The position numbers and the translations under genes are program-made. From positions 3,083 through 67,082 of the forward strand of contig JACOVF010000072.1 in the NCBI GenBank assembly GCA_016177465.1: 64,000 nt of DNA, in the 5' to 3' direction. The DNA is from Gemmatimonadota bacterium (lineage in GTDB: Bacteria > Gemmatimonadota > Gemmatimonadetes > Gemmatimonadales > GWC2-71-9). This document shows positions 8,656 through 18,251 of the stretch, one piece after another (positions within the stretch are counted from its first letter, which is position 1; every line of letters starts with the position of its first letter). Below the pieces are notes generated by a model that worked only from the letters and a program-made list of their open reading frames with translations, ran no database searches and had not been told where the DNA came from.

Positions 8656-10584
8656 ATGGCGAAGCCCGTCGTCCGCTTGCAGGTGGTCCAGGCATTGATG
8701 TTCGCAGGGCTTGCCGCGCTCGTGGGCCGGGCGGCGCAGGTCCAGCTCGTGCGGGGGGCGCGTTATGCCGCGGAGGCACAGGCCCAGCGCACCCAGCGGG
8801 TCGTCTTGGAGGCGCGGCGGGGGACGCTGTACGATCGTCACGGCACGCCGATCGCGCTCACCCAGGAGACGTATCACGTCGGGGTCGCGCCGAACGAGCT
8901 GCGCGACCCGGTGCGCGACGGCCGGCTCATCATGCGCCAGCTGCGCCTCACCCTCCGGCGGTGGGAGCACGGCCTGCGCAAGCGGTATGCGTACTTCCAG
9001 GGCCCGTACAGCGCGCTCGAGATCCACCCGCTCCGCGCGGTACAAGGCGTGCACCTCGAGCCTGTGCTCAACCGGTTCTACCCGTCGCCCGACTTCGCCC
9101 GCGCGGTCATCGGCCGGGTGGGCGCGGACGGGCGCGGCGCCTCGGGGCTCGAGCGCACCCTCGACAGCCTGCTAGCCGGAACGCCGGGAGCGGCGGTCGT
9201 GCTGCGCGACCGTGCGGGCCTGGAATACGAGTCGCCCGCGCGGCTTATCGCCGGGCCGGTCGCGGGGCACGACGTCGTGCTCACCCTCGACGCCGAGTTG
9301 CAGGAGATCGCGCAGCGCGCGCTCGATGAGGCGTTACGCCGCATGGACGCGGAGGGCGGGGACGTACTGATGCTCGACCCGGTCTCCGGGGAGGTGCTCG
9401 CCGTCGCCGCGCGGCATGACGACGGCGGCGCCCGCCCCAGCGCCTTCAGCGACGTGTTCGAGCCCGGCTCCACCGCCAAGATCTTCGCCGCGGCGGCGTT
9501 GCTCACGGGGAACCTGGTACGCCCCGACGAGCGGGTCTCGGGCGAGGGAGGCAAGTACCGGCTGGCCAGCCGTACCATCGAGGACGAACACCCGCTGCCG
9601 ACGCTCACCCTCGCGGACGCGATCCGCGTCTCCAGCAACATCGCGTTGGTCAAGTTCGCCGCCCGCCTCGCTCCGGAGGAGCAGTACAGGATCTTACGCG
9701 ACTTCGGCTTCGGCGCGCCCACGGGGATCGAGTTCCCGGCCGAGTCGCCGGGGCGGCTGCGCTTTCCGAAGGACTGGACCCGCCCCAGCGCGGCGAGCCT
9801 CGCGATGGGCTACGAGCTGTCGGTGACGCCGCTGCAACTCGCCGTCGCGTACGCCGCGCTCGGGAACGAGGGTGTCTTGCTCCAGCCGTCCCTGCTGCGC
9901 GAGATCCGCACCCCGGATGGGAAGGTGATCTACCGGCATCGTCCCGAGCCGGTCCGGCGCGTCGTGCCGCCCGAGGTGGCGGCGCAGCTGCGCGACCTCC
10001 TGCTCGGTGTGGTCGAAGGTGGCACCGGCGCCGAGGCGGCCCTCACCACCTTCCCGCTCGCAGCCAAGACCGGCACCGCGCGCCGCGTGGTCGATGGCCG
10101 CTACGCCCCGGGACAGTACACCGCGTCGTTCGCGGCGCTGTTCCCGGCCGACCAGCCCCAGCTCGTCGTGGTCGTGAAGATCGACAGCCCGCGGAGGGGC
10201 AGCTTTTTCGCCGCCCAGACGGCGGCGCCGGTGACCCGCTCGATGCTCGAGCAGGCGCTCGCGGCGCGCACCGTGGCGCTCGACCGCGCCCGGCTCTCGA
10301 CCAGCGTCCCGGCGCCCGAGTCCGCGCCGCTGAAAGGCGACGGCGGCGTGGTACCCTACGTCGTGGGCTGGCCCTACCGGCCCGACAGCGCCGCCACGGG
10401 CCCCGAGCGCGCCGTGCCGGACGTCGGCGGCCGCCCGATCCGCGAGGCGGTACATGCACTGCACCGGCGCGGCTTCCGCGTGGTGCTGAAGGGCTGGGGC
10501 GCGGTCGATCACACTTGGCCCGCGGCGGGGGAACGCGCCCGCGCAGGCTCGACGGTGACGCTGTTCGCGACGGATCGTCCATGA
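8656..10584 (+). CDS. ftsI: penicillin-binding protein / peptidoglycan transpeptidase FtsI with C-terminal PASTA-like domain
   Basis: 642 aa; SxxK (PGSTAKIF), SxN (VSSNIA), KTG (AKTGTA) motifs; C-terminal VPDVGGRPIREAVHALHRRGFRVVL resembles PASTA. Confidence 0.9.
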   Translation: MAKPVVRLQVVQALMFAGLAALVGRAAQVQLVRGARYAAEAQAQRTQRVVLEARRGTLYDRHGTPIALTQETYHVGVAPNELRDPVRDGRLIMRQLRLTLRRWEHGLRKRYAYFQGPYSALEIHPLRAVQGVHLEPVLNRFYPSPDFARAVIGRVGADGRGASGLERTLDSLLAGTPGAAVVLRDRAGLEYESPARLIAGPVAGHDVVLTLDAELQEIAQRALDEALRRMDAEGGDVLMLDPVSGEVLAVAARHDDGGARPSAFSDVFEPGSTAKIFAAAALLTGNLVRPDERVSGEGGKYRLASRTIEDEHPLPTLTLADAIRVSSNIALVKFAARLAPEEQYRILRDFGFGAPTGIEFPAESPGRLRFPKDWTRPSAASLAMGYELSVTPLQLAVAYAALGNEGVLLQPSLLREIRTPDGKVIYRHRPEPVRRVVPPEVAAQLRDLLLGVVEGGTGAEAALTTFPLAAKTGTARRVVDGRYAPGQYTASFAALFPADQPQLVVVVKIDSPRRGSFFAAQTAAPVTRSMLEQALAARTVALDRARLSTSVPAPESAPLKGDGGVVPYVVGWPYRPDSAATGPERAVPDVGGRPIREAVHALHRRGFRVVLKGWGAVDHTWPAAGERARAGSTVTLFATDRP

Positions 10585-12029
10585 ACCAGCTCGAGGGAAT
10601 CGTCGCGGCGTTGCGGCAGGCGCAGCAGCTCGTGGAGGCTCCTGCGGGGCTTCCCGAGATCACGGGCCTCACCGCGGACACGCGGAAGCTCCAGCGCGGG
10701 ATGCTCTACTGCGCGGTCCGCGGCGCGGTGCAGGACGGGCATCAGTTCGTGGGTGCCGCGGCGGCGAGCGGCGCGGCGGCCGCGCTGGTCGAGATGCAGC
10801 AGCAAGCGGCGCTGCCGCAGATTGTGATCCGGGACGGGCGCCGCGCCGCCACCGTCGCCGCCGAGGCGTGGTTCGGCCGGCCGGCGGCCCGCCTCAACCT
10901 GGTCGGCGTCACCGGCACCAACGGCAAGACGACCACCGTCACGCTCTCACGCCATGTCCTCAACGCGCTAGAGCCGACGGGCTCGATCGGCACCCTGGGC
11001 GCGTTCGACCCCCAGGGCGAGCCGGTGCCGAGCGAGGCGGGGACCCTCACGACTCCCGGCCCGATCGACCTCCAGGCGACCCTCGCCGCGCTAGTCGCCC
11101 GCGGCGCGCGCAGCGCCACGATGGAAGTTTCGTCGCATAGCCTCGACCAGGGGCGGGTGGACGGCCTCGTGTTCCGCGCCGCCATTTACACCAACCTGAC
11201 GCGCGACCACCTCGACTATCACAAGACGCTCGAGGACTACTTCAAGGCCAAGGCGAGGCTCTCGACCTACGTCGCCAGCAACGGGCTCGAGGTCGTGAAC
11301 GCCGACGACCCGGCGTGGCAGCGGCTGCGGCACGAGCGCCGCCGCGTCACCTTTGGCGAGCGAGGCGGGGAAGTCACGGCGAGGAAGATCACCGCCGATG
11401 CGCTCGGGTCGCGCTTCACCCTCGTCATGCCCGCCGGCAGCGCCGACGTGCGCCTGCCCCTGCTCGGCCGCTTCAACGTGGTGAACTCCCTCGGCGTCGC
11501 GGCGTGCGCCTGGGGGCTCGGACTCGCGGTCGAGGAGATCGCCGAACGGCTGACCGGAGCGCCGCAGGTGCCGGGGCGGATGGAGCGGATCGCGACCATG
11601 CCGTGCACCATCTTGCGCGACTACGCCCACACCCCCGACGCGCTCGAGCGGGCGCTCGAGACCGTGCGGCCGCTCACACCGGGACGGGTGATCGTCGTGT
11701 CGGGCGCCGGGGGCGACCGGGACCGCGGCAAGCGTGCCCCCATGGGCGAGAGCATGGTCCGCCTCGCCGACGTGGCGATCCTCGCATCCGACAACCCGCG
11801 CACCGAGGACCCGAACCGCATCCTCGACGAGGTCGCCGCGGGCATGGGCGGCCGGCCGCACGAGCGCTTCGTGGACCGCCGCGAGGCGATCGCGCGCGCG
11901 CTCGCGATCGCCCGGGCGGGCGATACGATCCTCCTCTGCGGCAAGGGGCACGAGACCTACCAGGTGATCGGCACCGAGAAGCTGCCGTTCGACGAACGCG
12001 CCATCGTGCGCGAGCTGGGGGCGCAATGA
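10581..12029 (+). CDS. murE: UDP-N-acetylmuramoyl-L-alanyl-D-glutamate--2,6-diaminopimelate ligase MurE
   Basis: Track ORF 10515..12029; ATG 10581 overlaps ftsI stop (ATGA); VTGTNGKTTT P-loop, DNPRTEDP motif. Confidence 0.9.
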   Translation: MNQLEGIVAALRQAQQLVEAPAGLPEITGLTADTRKLQRGMLYCAVRGAVQDGHQFVGAAAASGAAAALVEMQQQAALPQIVIRDGRRAATVAAEAWFGRPAARLNLVGVTGTNGKTTTVTLSRHVLNALEPTGSIGTLGAFDPQGEPVPSEAGTLTTPGPIDLQATLAALVARGARSATMEVSSHSLDQGRVDGLVFRAAIYTNLTRDHLDYHKTLEDYFKAKARLSTYVASNGLEVVNADDPAWQRLRHERRRVTFGERGGEVTARKITADALGSRFTLVMPAGSADVRLPLLGRFNVVNSLGVAACAWGLGLAVEEIAERLTGAPQVPGRMERIATMPCTILRDYAHTPDALERALETVRPLTPGRVIVVSGAGGDRDRGKRAPMGESMVRLADVAILASDNPRTEDPNRILDEVAAGMGGRPHERFVDRREAIARALAIARAGDTILLCGKGHETYQVIGTEKLPFDERAIVRELGAQ

Positions 12030-12133
12030 ATCCAGAATGCAGAATGCAAAAGGCGGAATTGAAAGGGGAGCTCGTGCCGCCGCGGGAACGCCGATCGATC
12101 CATTCTGCATTCTGCGTTTTGCATTCTGAATTC
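12028..12133. repeat. heptamer-periodic inverted repeat element E1 (GAATGCA units) filling the murE-murF gap
   Basis: Left arm GAATCCA GAATGCA GAATGCA AAAGGCG GAATTGA (12028-12062); right arm TCCATTC TGCATTC TGCGTTT TGCATTC TGAATTC (12099-12133) is its reverse-complement heptamer; shares the 9-mer CGGAATTGA (12054-12062) with E2. Confidence 0.8.
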
Positions 12134-12147
12134 GGGGAGGGGTGGTG

Positions 12148-13485
12148 ATGGTGTGGGACTCGGAAGCCATCTGCCACGCCCTCGGCGTGCCGGGGCACCC
12201 CGGCCTGCGCTTCACCGGGGTGTCCACCGACACGCGGCAACTCAAGGGCGGCGAGCTGTTCGTCGCGTTAACAGGCGACCGGTTCGACGCGCACGATTTC
12301 CTCGCGCAGGCAAGGGCCGCGGGCGCCGCGGGCGCCGTCGTGCGGCGTGGCACCACGCGCGTGGACGGGCTGGCGTTCTTCGAGGTCTCGGATACCCTGG
12401 TGGCCCTGGGACAGCTCGCGCACGCGCGGCGACGGCTCCTGCCGCCGGGGAGCCCCGTGGTCGCCGTCACGGGGTCGAGCGGGAAGACCAGCACCAAGGA
12501 GATGATCCGGGCCGCCCTGGCCTCGAAGTACCGCACCCACGCCACCACCGGCAACCTCAACAACCTGGTCGGGGTGCCGCTCACGATCCTTGCCGCCCCG
12601 GACGACGCGGCAGCGTTCGTCATCGAGGCCGGCGGCAGCCTCCCCGGGGAGATCCCGCGGCTGCGTGCCATCATCGAGCCGACGGTCGCGGTGATCACGA
12701 ACGTCGGCTACGCCCATGTGGAGGGCTTCGGGTCGTTCGAGGGGGTGTTGCGGGAAAAGGTCGCGCTCGCGGACGGTGTGGCCGTGGCGGTCGTGGGCAC
12801 CGATCCACCCGCGCTCGCCGCGGAGGTCCGGCGGCGCGCGCGCACCGTGGTGGCCGGGCGTCACCGGCCGGCAGACGTGCGGCCGGGCACCGCGGAGCTG
12901 GACGACGCGGGACGCCCCCGGATCCGCTGGAGGGAGCAGGAGGTCACGATCCCGGTCGCGGGCTTCCACCAGATCGACAACGCGATGCTCGCCCTGGCGG
13001 TGGCCGAGCAGGCGGGGATCGAGCCGTCCCGGGCAGTCCCGGCGTTGGCCGGCGTCCACCTGCCGGGCGGGCGGGGGGGCGTGACCGAACTCGGTCGGCT
13101 GACGGTTATCGACGACACCTACAACGCCAACCCGGCGTCGCTCCGGGCCGCGGTGGAGTTCGCTCGCTGGCTCGCCGCGCGGCGCGGCCGGCCGCTCGCC
13201 GTCGTGGTCGGCTCGATGTTGGAGCTGGGGCCGGAGAGTGACAAATTGCACGCGGCGGCGGCGCGCGAAATCGCGGCGCTGGACCCCGCGCTCGTGGCGG
13301 CCGTCGGCGCGTTCGCGCCGGCCTTCGAACCCGAACGCCGCGTGCTGGGCGGCCGGCTCATCACCGCGCCCGACGCCGAAGCGCTGGGGCCGAAGCTCCA
13401 GCAGGCGCTGCAGGGGAACGAAGTCGTCCTGCTCAAAGCGTCGCGCGGTGTCGCCCTCGAGCGGGTACTGGGCTACCTCCACTAG
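12148..13485 (+). CDS. murF: UDP-N-acetylmuramoyl-tripeptide--D-alanyl-D-alanine ligase MurF
   Basis: VTGSSGKTSTKEM P-loop; GGAGG 12136-12140 precedes ATG 12148 (GTG 12142/12145 also possible). Confidence 0.9.
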   Translation: MVWDSEAICHALGVPGHPGLRFTGVSTDTRQLKGGELFVALTGDRFDAHDFLAQARAAGAAGAVVRRGTTRVDGLAFFEVSDTLVALGQLAHARRRLLPPGSPVVAVTGSSGKTSTKEMIRAALASKYRTHATTGNLNNLVGVPLTILAAPDDAAAFVIEAGGSLPGEIPRLRAIIEPTVAVITNVGYAHVEGFGSFEGVLREKVALADGVAVAVVGTDPPALAAEVRRRARTVVAGRHRPADVRPGTAELDDAGRPRIRWREQEVTIPVAGFHQIDNAMLALAVAEQAGIEPSRAVPALAGVHLPGGRGGVTELGRLTVIDDTYNANPASLRAAVEFARWLAARRGRPLAVVVGSMLELGPESDKLHAAAAREIAALDPALVAAVGAFAPAFEPERRVLGGRLITAPDAEALGPKLQQALQGNEVVLLKASRGVALERVLGYLH

Positions 13486-13503
13486 CGGCGGGGATCACCA
13501 GAC

Positions 13504-14625
13504 GTGCTCTATCATCTGCTCGCACCGCTCGCCCGGCAGCACATCCTGTTCAATCTCTTCAATTACATCACCTTCCGGGCCGCCGGCGCGACCGTCACGG
13601 CGCTGTTGTGCGCGTTCGTGCTGGGACCGTGGATCATCCGGGCGCTGCGGGAGCGGAAGGTGGGGCAGGTGGTGCGGGCGGAGGGCCCGAGCAGCCACCA
13701 AGGCAAGCGCGGCACGCCCACGATGGGGGGCCTGATCATCCTCCTCGCGACCGTCGTGCCCACGTTGCTGTGGGCGCGGCTCGATACCCGCTACGTGCTC
13801 GTCGCGGTGGGGGCCACGCTCTGGATGGGGGCCATCGGCTTTATTGACGACTACCTGAAGATCGTGCGCGGCAAGTCGCAGGGGCTCGTCGCGCGGTGGA
13901 AACTCACGGGGCAGGTGTCGTTCGGCCTCGCGCTGGGGCTGGTCCTGATCCTCGCACCGCTCGCTGTGCGAGTCCCGCCGACCGGTACCCAGCTGCCGCT
14001 CCTCAAGTACATCCTGCTCGTGCTGCCGTGGCCGCTCTACTTGGGCTTCGTAACGTTCGTCGTCACGGCGAGCTCCAACGCCGTGAACCTCACCGACGGC
14101 CTCGACGGCCTCGCCACCGGGCTTACGGCGATCGTGGGGGGGACCTTCGCGGTGTTCGCGTACCTGTTCGGCCGCGTGGACGCCGCGCGCTACCTCGGCG
14201 TCCTCTACTTGTCTGGGGCGGGGGAGCTGGCTGTCTTCTGCGGCGCGCTGATGGGGGCGGCGCTCGGCTTCCTCTGGTTCAACGCGCACCCCGCCCAGGT
14301 CTTCATGGGGGACACCGGATCGCTCGCCATCGGTGGCGCGCTCGGCGCGGTGGCGATCATGCTCAAGGCCGAATTCCTGCTGCTGATCGCCGGCGGCGTC
14401 TTCGTGGCGGAGACGGTATCGGTGTTGCTCCAGGTCTACGTCTACCGCTGGAACAGGAAGCGCCGCGGCAAGGAATACGCCGACTCGCACAAGGTGTTCC
14501 GCATGGCTCCGCTGCACCATCACTTCGAGAAACTCGGCTGGGCGGAGCCGCAGGTGGTGATGCGGTTCTACATCCTCGGCGTGCTGTGCTCCCTGATCGC
14601 CCTCGCGACGCTCAAGATCCGATGA
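13504..14625 (+). CDS. mraY: phospho-N-acetylmuramoyl-pentapeptide transferase MraY
   Basis: 373 aa polytopic membrane protein, MLYHLL start, KRGTPTMGG and NAVNLTDGLDGLA motifs. Confidence 0.92.
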   Translation: MLYHLLAPLARQHILFNLFNYITFRAAGATVTALLCAFVLGPWIIRALRERKVGQVVRAEGPSSHQGKRGTPTMGGLIILLATVVPTLLWARLDTRYVLVAVGATLWMGAIGFIDDYLKIVRGKSQGLVARWKLTGQVSFGLALGLVLILAPLAVRVPPTGTQLPLLKYILLVLPWPLYLGFVTFVVTASSNAVNLTDGLDGLATGLTAIVGGTFAVFAYLFGRVDAARYLGVLYLSGAGELAVFCGALMGAALGFLWFNAHPAQVFMGDTGSLAIGGALGAVAIMLKAEFLLLIAGGVFVAETVSVLLQVYVYRWNRKRRGKEYADSHKVFRMAPLHHHFEKLGWAEPQVVMRFYILGVLCSLIALATLKIR

Positions 14626-15980
14626 TCGTTCCCGAGGCGTGGCGTCGTGGCGTCGTGGCCGTCATCGGGTTGGGCAAGAGCGGGGTGGCCGCGACGCAAC
14701 TGCTCGCGCGCGAGGGCGTGCGGGTCTACGCCAGCGACGCCTCGGACCATCCGTACGGCGGCGACGCGATCGCCGCGCTGCGCGCGCTGCCGGGCGTCGA
14801 GGTGGACGTGGGCCGCCACGACCTCGCCAAGATCCGTGCCGCGGCGGGGGTGGTGGTCTCCCCGGGGGTGCCGCCTGGCGCGCCGCCGCTCGCCGCGGCG
14901 CGCGAGGCGGGGGTCCCGATCGTCTCCGAGATCGACCTCGGGTTCCTCGTCCTGGAGCCGCAGGGCGTCCGCTGCATCGCGATCACCGGAACCAACGGCA
15001 AGACCACCACCACGGCGCTCGTGGCGCACCTGCTCCGGGTCGCCGGGCTCTCGGTCGAAGCGGCGGGGAACATCGGTCGGCCGCTCGCCGACATCGCGGT
15101 GTCGCCCGACCGCTACGCGTGGCTCGCCGTCGAGGTCTCGTCGTTCCAGCTGCACGACAGCCCCCACTTCGCGCCCGCGATCGGGATCGTCACGAACCTC
15201 GCCCCCGACCATCTCGATCGCTATCGGTCGGTGGAGGCGTATTATGCCGACAAGCGACTGCTCTTCCGCAACGCCGCGGACGACCACGTCTGGGTCCTGA
15301 ACGGCGACGACGCCGCCGTGCTGGAGCTCGCGCGCAGCGCCAAGGGGCGGCACGCCCTGTTCTCGCTCGCCCGACCCGCCGACGCCTGGTTCGACCGCGG
15401 CGAGCGGCGGCTGATGCTCGGTGGGACGGGCCTCGTGCCGCGCGATGCCCTCGCGCTCATCGGCGACCACAACGTCGCCAACGCCCTCGCCGCGGCGCTG
15501 GCGGTGCACGAAGCCGGTGTGTCGCCCGTCCTTATCGGGGAGGGGCTGCGCTCGTTTCACGCCCTGCCGCACCGCCTCGAGCCCGTGCGCGAGGTGAGCG
15601 GCGTGTTGTGGATCAACGACTCCAAGGCAACGAACATCGCTTCGACTGTCGTCGCCGTGGAGGCGATGTCTCGGCCGTTCGTCCTGTTGCTGGGCGGCCG
15701 GCACAAGGGGGAGCCGTACACCCGGCTCGCGCCGCTGCTCCAGGGGAAGTGCAAGCTCGTCATCGCCTACGGCGAGGCCGGCCCGCTTGTCGAACAGGAC
15801 CTCAGGGGCGCCCTGCCGCTCGAGGGCGGGGGCAGCTTCGAAGACGTGGTCGCGCGGGCGCGGCGCGCGGCGGCGCCGGGCGACGCGGTGCTGCTGTCGC
15901 CCGCCTGCTCGAGCTACGACATGTTCAACAACTATGAGGAGCGCGGCGCCGTGTACCGCCGTCTGGTGGAGGCGATGTGA
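14622..15980 (+). CDS. murD: UDP-N-acetylmuramoylalanine--D-glutamate ligase MurD
   Basis: In-frame part of track ORF 13896..15980; ATG 14622 overlaps mraY stop (ATGA); VIGLGKSGVA and ITGTNGKTTTT motifs. Confidence 0.9.
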   Translation: MIVPEAWRRGVVAVIGLGKSGVAATQLLAREGVRVYASDASDHPYGGDAIAALRALPGVEVDVGRHDLAKIRAAAGVVVSPGVPPGAPPLAAAREAGVPIVSEIDLGFLVLEPQGVRCIAITGTNGKTTTTALVAHLLRVAGLSVEAAGNIGRPLADIAVSPDRYAWLAVEVSSFQLHDSPHFAPAIGIVTNLAPDHLDRYRSVEAYYADKRLLFRNAADDHVWVLNGDDAAVLELARSAKGRHALFSLARPADAWFDRGERRLMLGGTGLVPRDALALIGDHNVANALAAALAVHEAGVSPVLIGEGLRSFHALPHRLEPVREVSGVLWINDSKATNIASTVVAVEAMSRPFVLLLGGRHKGEPYTRLAPLLQGKCKLVIAYGEAGPLVEQDLRGALPLEGGGSFEDVVARARRAAAPGDAVLLSPACSSYDMFNNYEERGAVYRRLVEAM

Positions 15981-17089
15981 CCGAGCTGCGCTGGGAAACC
16001 CGGCTGCTGGCCGTCGTCGCCGCCGTGCTCGTCGTGTTCGGCTTGGCGGCAGTGTACGGCGCTTCGAGCCTCCTCACCACCTCGGGGCGCCAGGTCGGGG
16101 CGTCGTTCGCGCTGCGTCAGGCGTTGGGCGCCGTGATCGGTGGGCTGCTCGCCACGATCCTCGCCCGGCTGGACTACCATGTCTGGCAGCGAGCGGCGTG
16201 GCCGCTCGTGGCGATCGTGGCTGTGCTGCTGGTGATCCCGCTCTTGCCGTTGACCCACGCGATTGCCCCCACCATCAACGGCGCCCGCCGCTGGGTGGAC
16301 CTTGGCGTGATGACGCTGCAGCCCTCCGAGTTCGCCAAGTACGCCGTGGTCGTGTGGACCGCGATGCTCGCCGCCAAGAAGGGCGACCAGATCCGGACGT
16401 TGCGCCGCGGTGTGCTGCCGTTCCTCGTGATCATCGGGCCCATCGCCGGCCTCATCTTCCTCGAGCCCAACCTTTCCATGGCGCTCCTCGTGGCGATGCT
16501 GGCCGGTGTGGTGCTGTTCAGCGCCGGTGCCCGCATCGGCCACTTCCTGGCGCTCGCCGTGGCGGCGATGCCGCTCCTCTATGGGGCCGTCGCGAACGCG
16601 CAGTACCGCCTCGCACGCGTGCTCAGCTTCCTCAACCCCGGCAGCGCGCCGAGCGAGGCGACCTGGCAGGTGCACCAGTCCCTGGTGGGTATCGGGGCGG
16701 GACAGGTGTTCGGCGTCGGCTTCGGCCAGGGACAGCAGAAGCTCGGCTACCTGCCGTACGCGTACTCGGACTTCATCTTCTCGACGATTGGCGAGGAGTG
16801 GGGACTCGTCGGCGTGGTGCTCATCGCCCTGCTGTTCGGCGTGTTCGTGTGGCTCGGCTTCCGGATCGCCAAGTCCGCGCCCGATCCGTTCGGGCAACTG
16901 CTCGCGGTCGGCATCACCGCGCTCGTGGGACTCGGCGCCGTGCTGCACATCGGCGTGAGTCTCGCCGTGATCCCGGCGACCGGCATCACCCTGCCGTTCA
17001 TTTCGTACGGCCGCTCGAGCCTCATCGTCTCCCTCGCCGCCACGGGCGTGCTGGCGAGCGTCGGGCATGCGCGGCGGAGGGCGGGATGA
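15977..17089 (+). CDS. ftsW: SEDS-family peptidoglycan glycosyltransferase FtsW
   Basis: 370 aa, about 10 TM; PSEFAKY and YAYSDFIFSTIGEEWG SEDS motifs; GTGA overlap with murD. Confidence 0.9.
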   Translation: MTELRWETRLLAVVAAVLVVFGLAAVYGASSLLTTSGRQVGASFALRQALGAVIGGLLATILARLDYHVWQRAAWPLVAIVAVLLVIPLLPLTHAIAPTINGARRWVDLGVMTLQPSEFAKYAVVVWTAMLAAKKGDQIRTLRRGVLPFLVIIGPIAGLIFLEPNLSMALLVAMLAGVVLFSAGARIGHFLALAVAAMPLLYGAVANAQYRLARVLSFLNPGSAPSEATWQVHQSLVGIGAGQVFGVGFGQGQQKLGYLPYAYSDFIFSTIGEEWGLVGVVLIALLFGVFVWLGFRIAKSAPDPFGQLLAVGITALVGLGAVLHIGVSLAVIPATGITLPFISYGRSSLIVSLAATGVLASVGHARRRAG

Positions 17090-17108
17090 CTACACTCCAA
17101 TCCGTCGC

Positions 17109-18197
17109 ATGAGGGTCCTCATCGCGGGCGGCGGGACCGGCGGCCACCTGATGCCCGCCCTCGCCCTCGCCCGCGCCCTTGCCGAGGCGCGTCCCGATGT
17201 CCAGCCGGTGTTGGTCGGCGCCCAGCGGGGAATCGAATCCCAGGTGCTACCGCGCTATCCCTTCCGCTACCATCTCCTCCCGCTCGAGCCGATCCACCGT
17301 CGCGCCTGGTGGCGCAACGTACGCTGGCCGCTCGTCGCGTGGCGAGTGTGGCGCGCCGTGTCGCGCGTGCTGGACGCAGAGCGGCCGGTACTCGTAATCG
17401 GCACCGGCGGGTACGCCGCCGGCCCGGTGCTGTGGCTCGCCCAGCGCCGCGGCCTCCCCATCGTGCTGCAGGAGTCGGATGCGTTTCCGGGGATCACGAC
17501 GCGCTGGCTCGCCCGGCGCGCGCGGCAGGTGCACCTCGGCTTCCCGGAAGCGCGGGCCCGGCTCCGACTCGGCCCGGCGACCGAGGTATTGGTGCACGGC
17601 AACCCGATTCGCCCGCCGGAGCCCGGAACGGGGGACCGCGCGGCAGCGGTGCGCGAGTTCGGGCTCGATCCCGTTCGGCCCTGCGTACTCGTGTTCGGCG
17701 GGAGCCAGGGAGCGCGGGCGATCAACGAAGCGCTCGCCGGCGCGCTCGCGCGCGGGCTGCTCGATCGGGTCAATGTGTTGTGGGGAACCGGCACCACGCA
17801 CGCCGAGCGCTACACGCCGTTCGCGCGGTCGGGGCAGGTGGCCGTGCGCGGATTCTTCGATCCGATGGCCCCGGCGTATCGGGCCGCCGACCTCGTCGTG
17901 TGTCGCGCCGGCGCGCTGACGGTCGCGGAGCTGTGCGCGTGGGGCAAACCGAGCGTGCTGGTGCCGCTGCCGACGGCGGCGGCGGATCACCAGGCGCACA
18001 ACGCGCGCGCGCTCGCCGCAGCCGGCGCGGCGATCCACTTGCCGGAGAAGGAGCTGACGCCGGGGGCCCTGGCAGAGCTGGTCAACGGACTTGCCGCAGA
18101 CCGGACACGGCTCGAGGCACTCGCGGCCGGCGCCCGGGTCCGGGGACATCCGGAGTCGTCCAAGGCTATTGTGTCAAGTATTTTGACGCTACTTTGA
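17109..18197 (+). CDS. murG: UDP-N-acetylglucosamine--N-acetylmuramyl-(pentapeptide) pyrophosphoryl-undecaprenol GlcNAc transferase MurG
   Basis: MRVLIAGGGTGGHLMPALALA start at ATG 17109 (track start 17067 also possible); the last ~12 codons are unusually AT-rich. Confidence 0.9.
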   Translation: MRVLIAGGGTGGHLMPALALARALAEARPDVQPVLVGAQRGIESQVLPRYPFRYHLLPLEPIHRRAWWRNVRWPLVAWRVWRAVSRVLDAERPVLVIGTGGYAAGPVLWLAQRRGLPIVLQESDAFPGITTRWLARRARQVHLGFPEARARLRLGPATEVLVHGNPIRPPEPGTGDRAAAVREFGLDPVRPCVLVFGGSQGARAINEALAGALARGLLDRVNVLWGTGTTHAERYTPFARSGQVAVRGFFDPMAPAYRAADLVVCRAGALTVAELCAWGKPSVLVPLPTAAADHQAHNARALAAAGAAIHLPEKELTPGALAELVNGLAADRTRLEALAAGARVRGHPESSKAIVSSILTLL

Positions 18198-18211
18198 TAA
18201 CTTCAAGCACT

Positions 18212-18239
18212 TTCGCAAGTTTAGTAGAATCCCTATATT
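18212..18239 (+). promoter_or_regulatory. putative internal dcw promoter (TTCGCA-16 nt-TATATT) in an AT-rich island at the murG 3' end
   Basis: 18183-18240 is a striking AT-rich patch with several -35/-10-like hexamers (TTGACG 18183, TTGATA 18194, TAGAAT 18225, TATATT 18234); ATG of murC at 18252 lacks an SD. Confidence 0.4.
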
Positions 18240-18251
18240 AGGCCCCCACAG

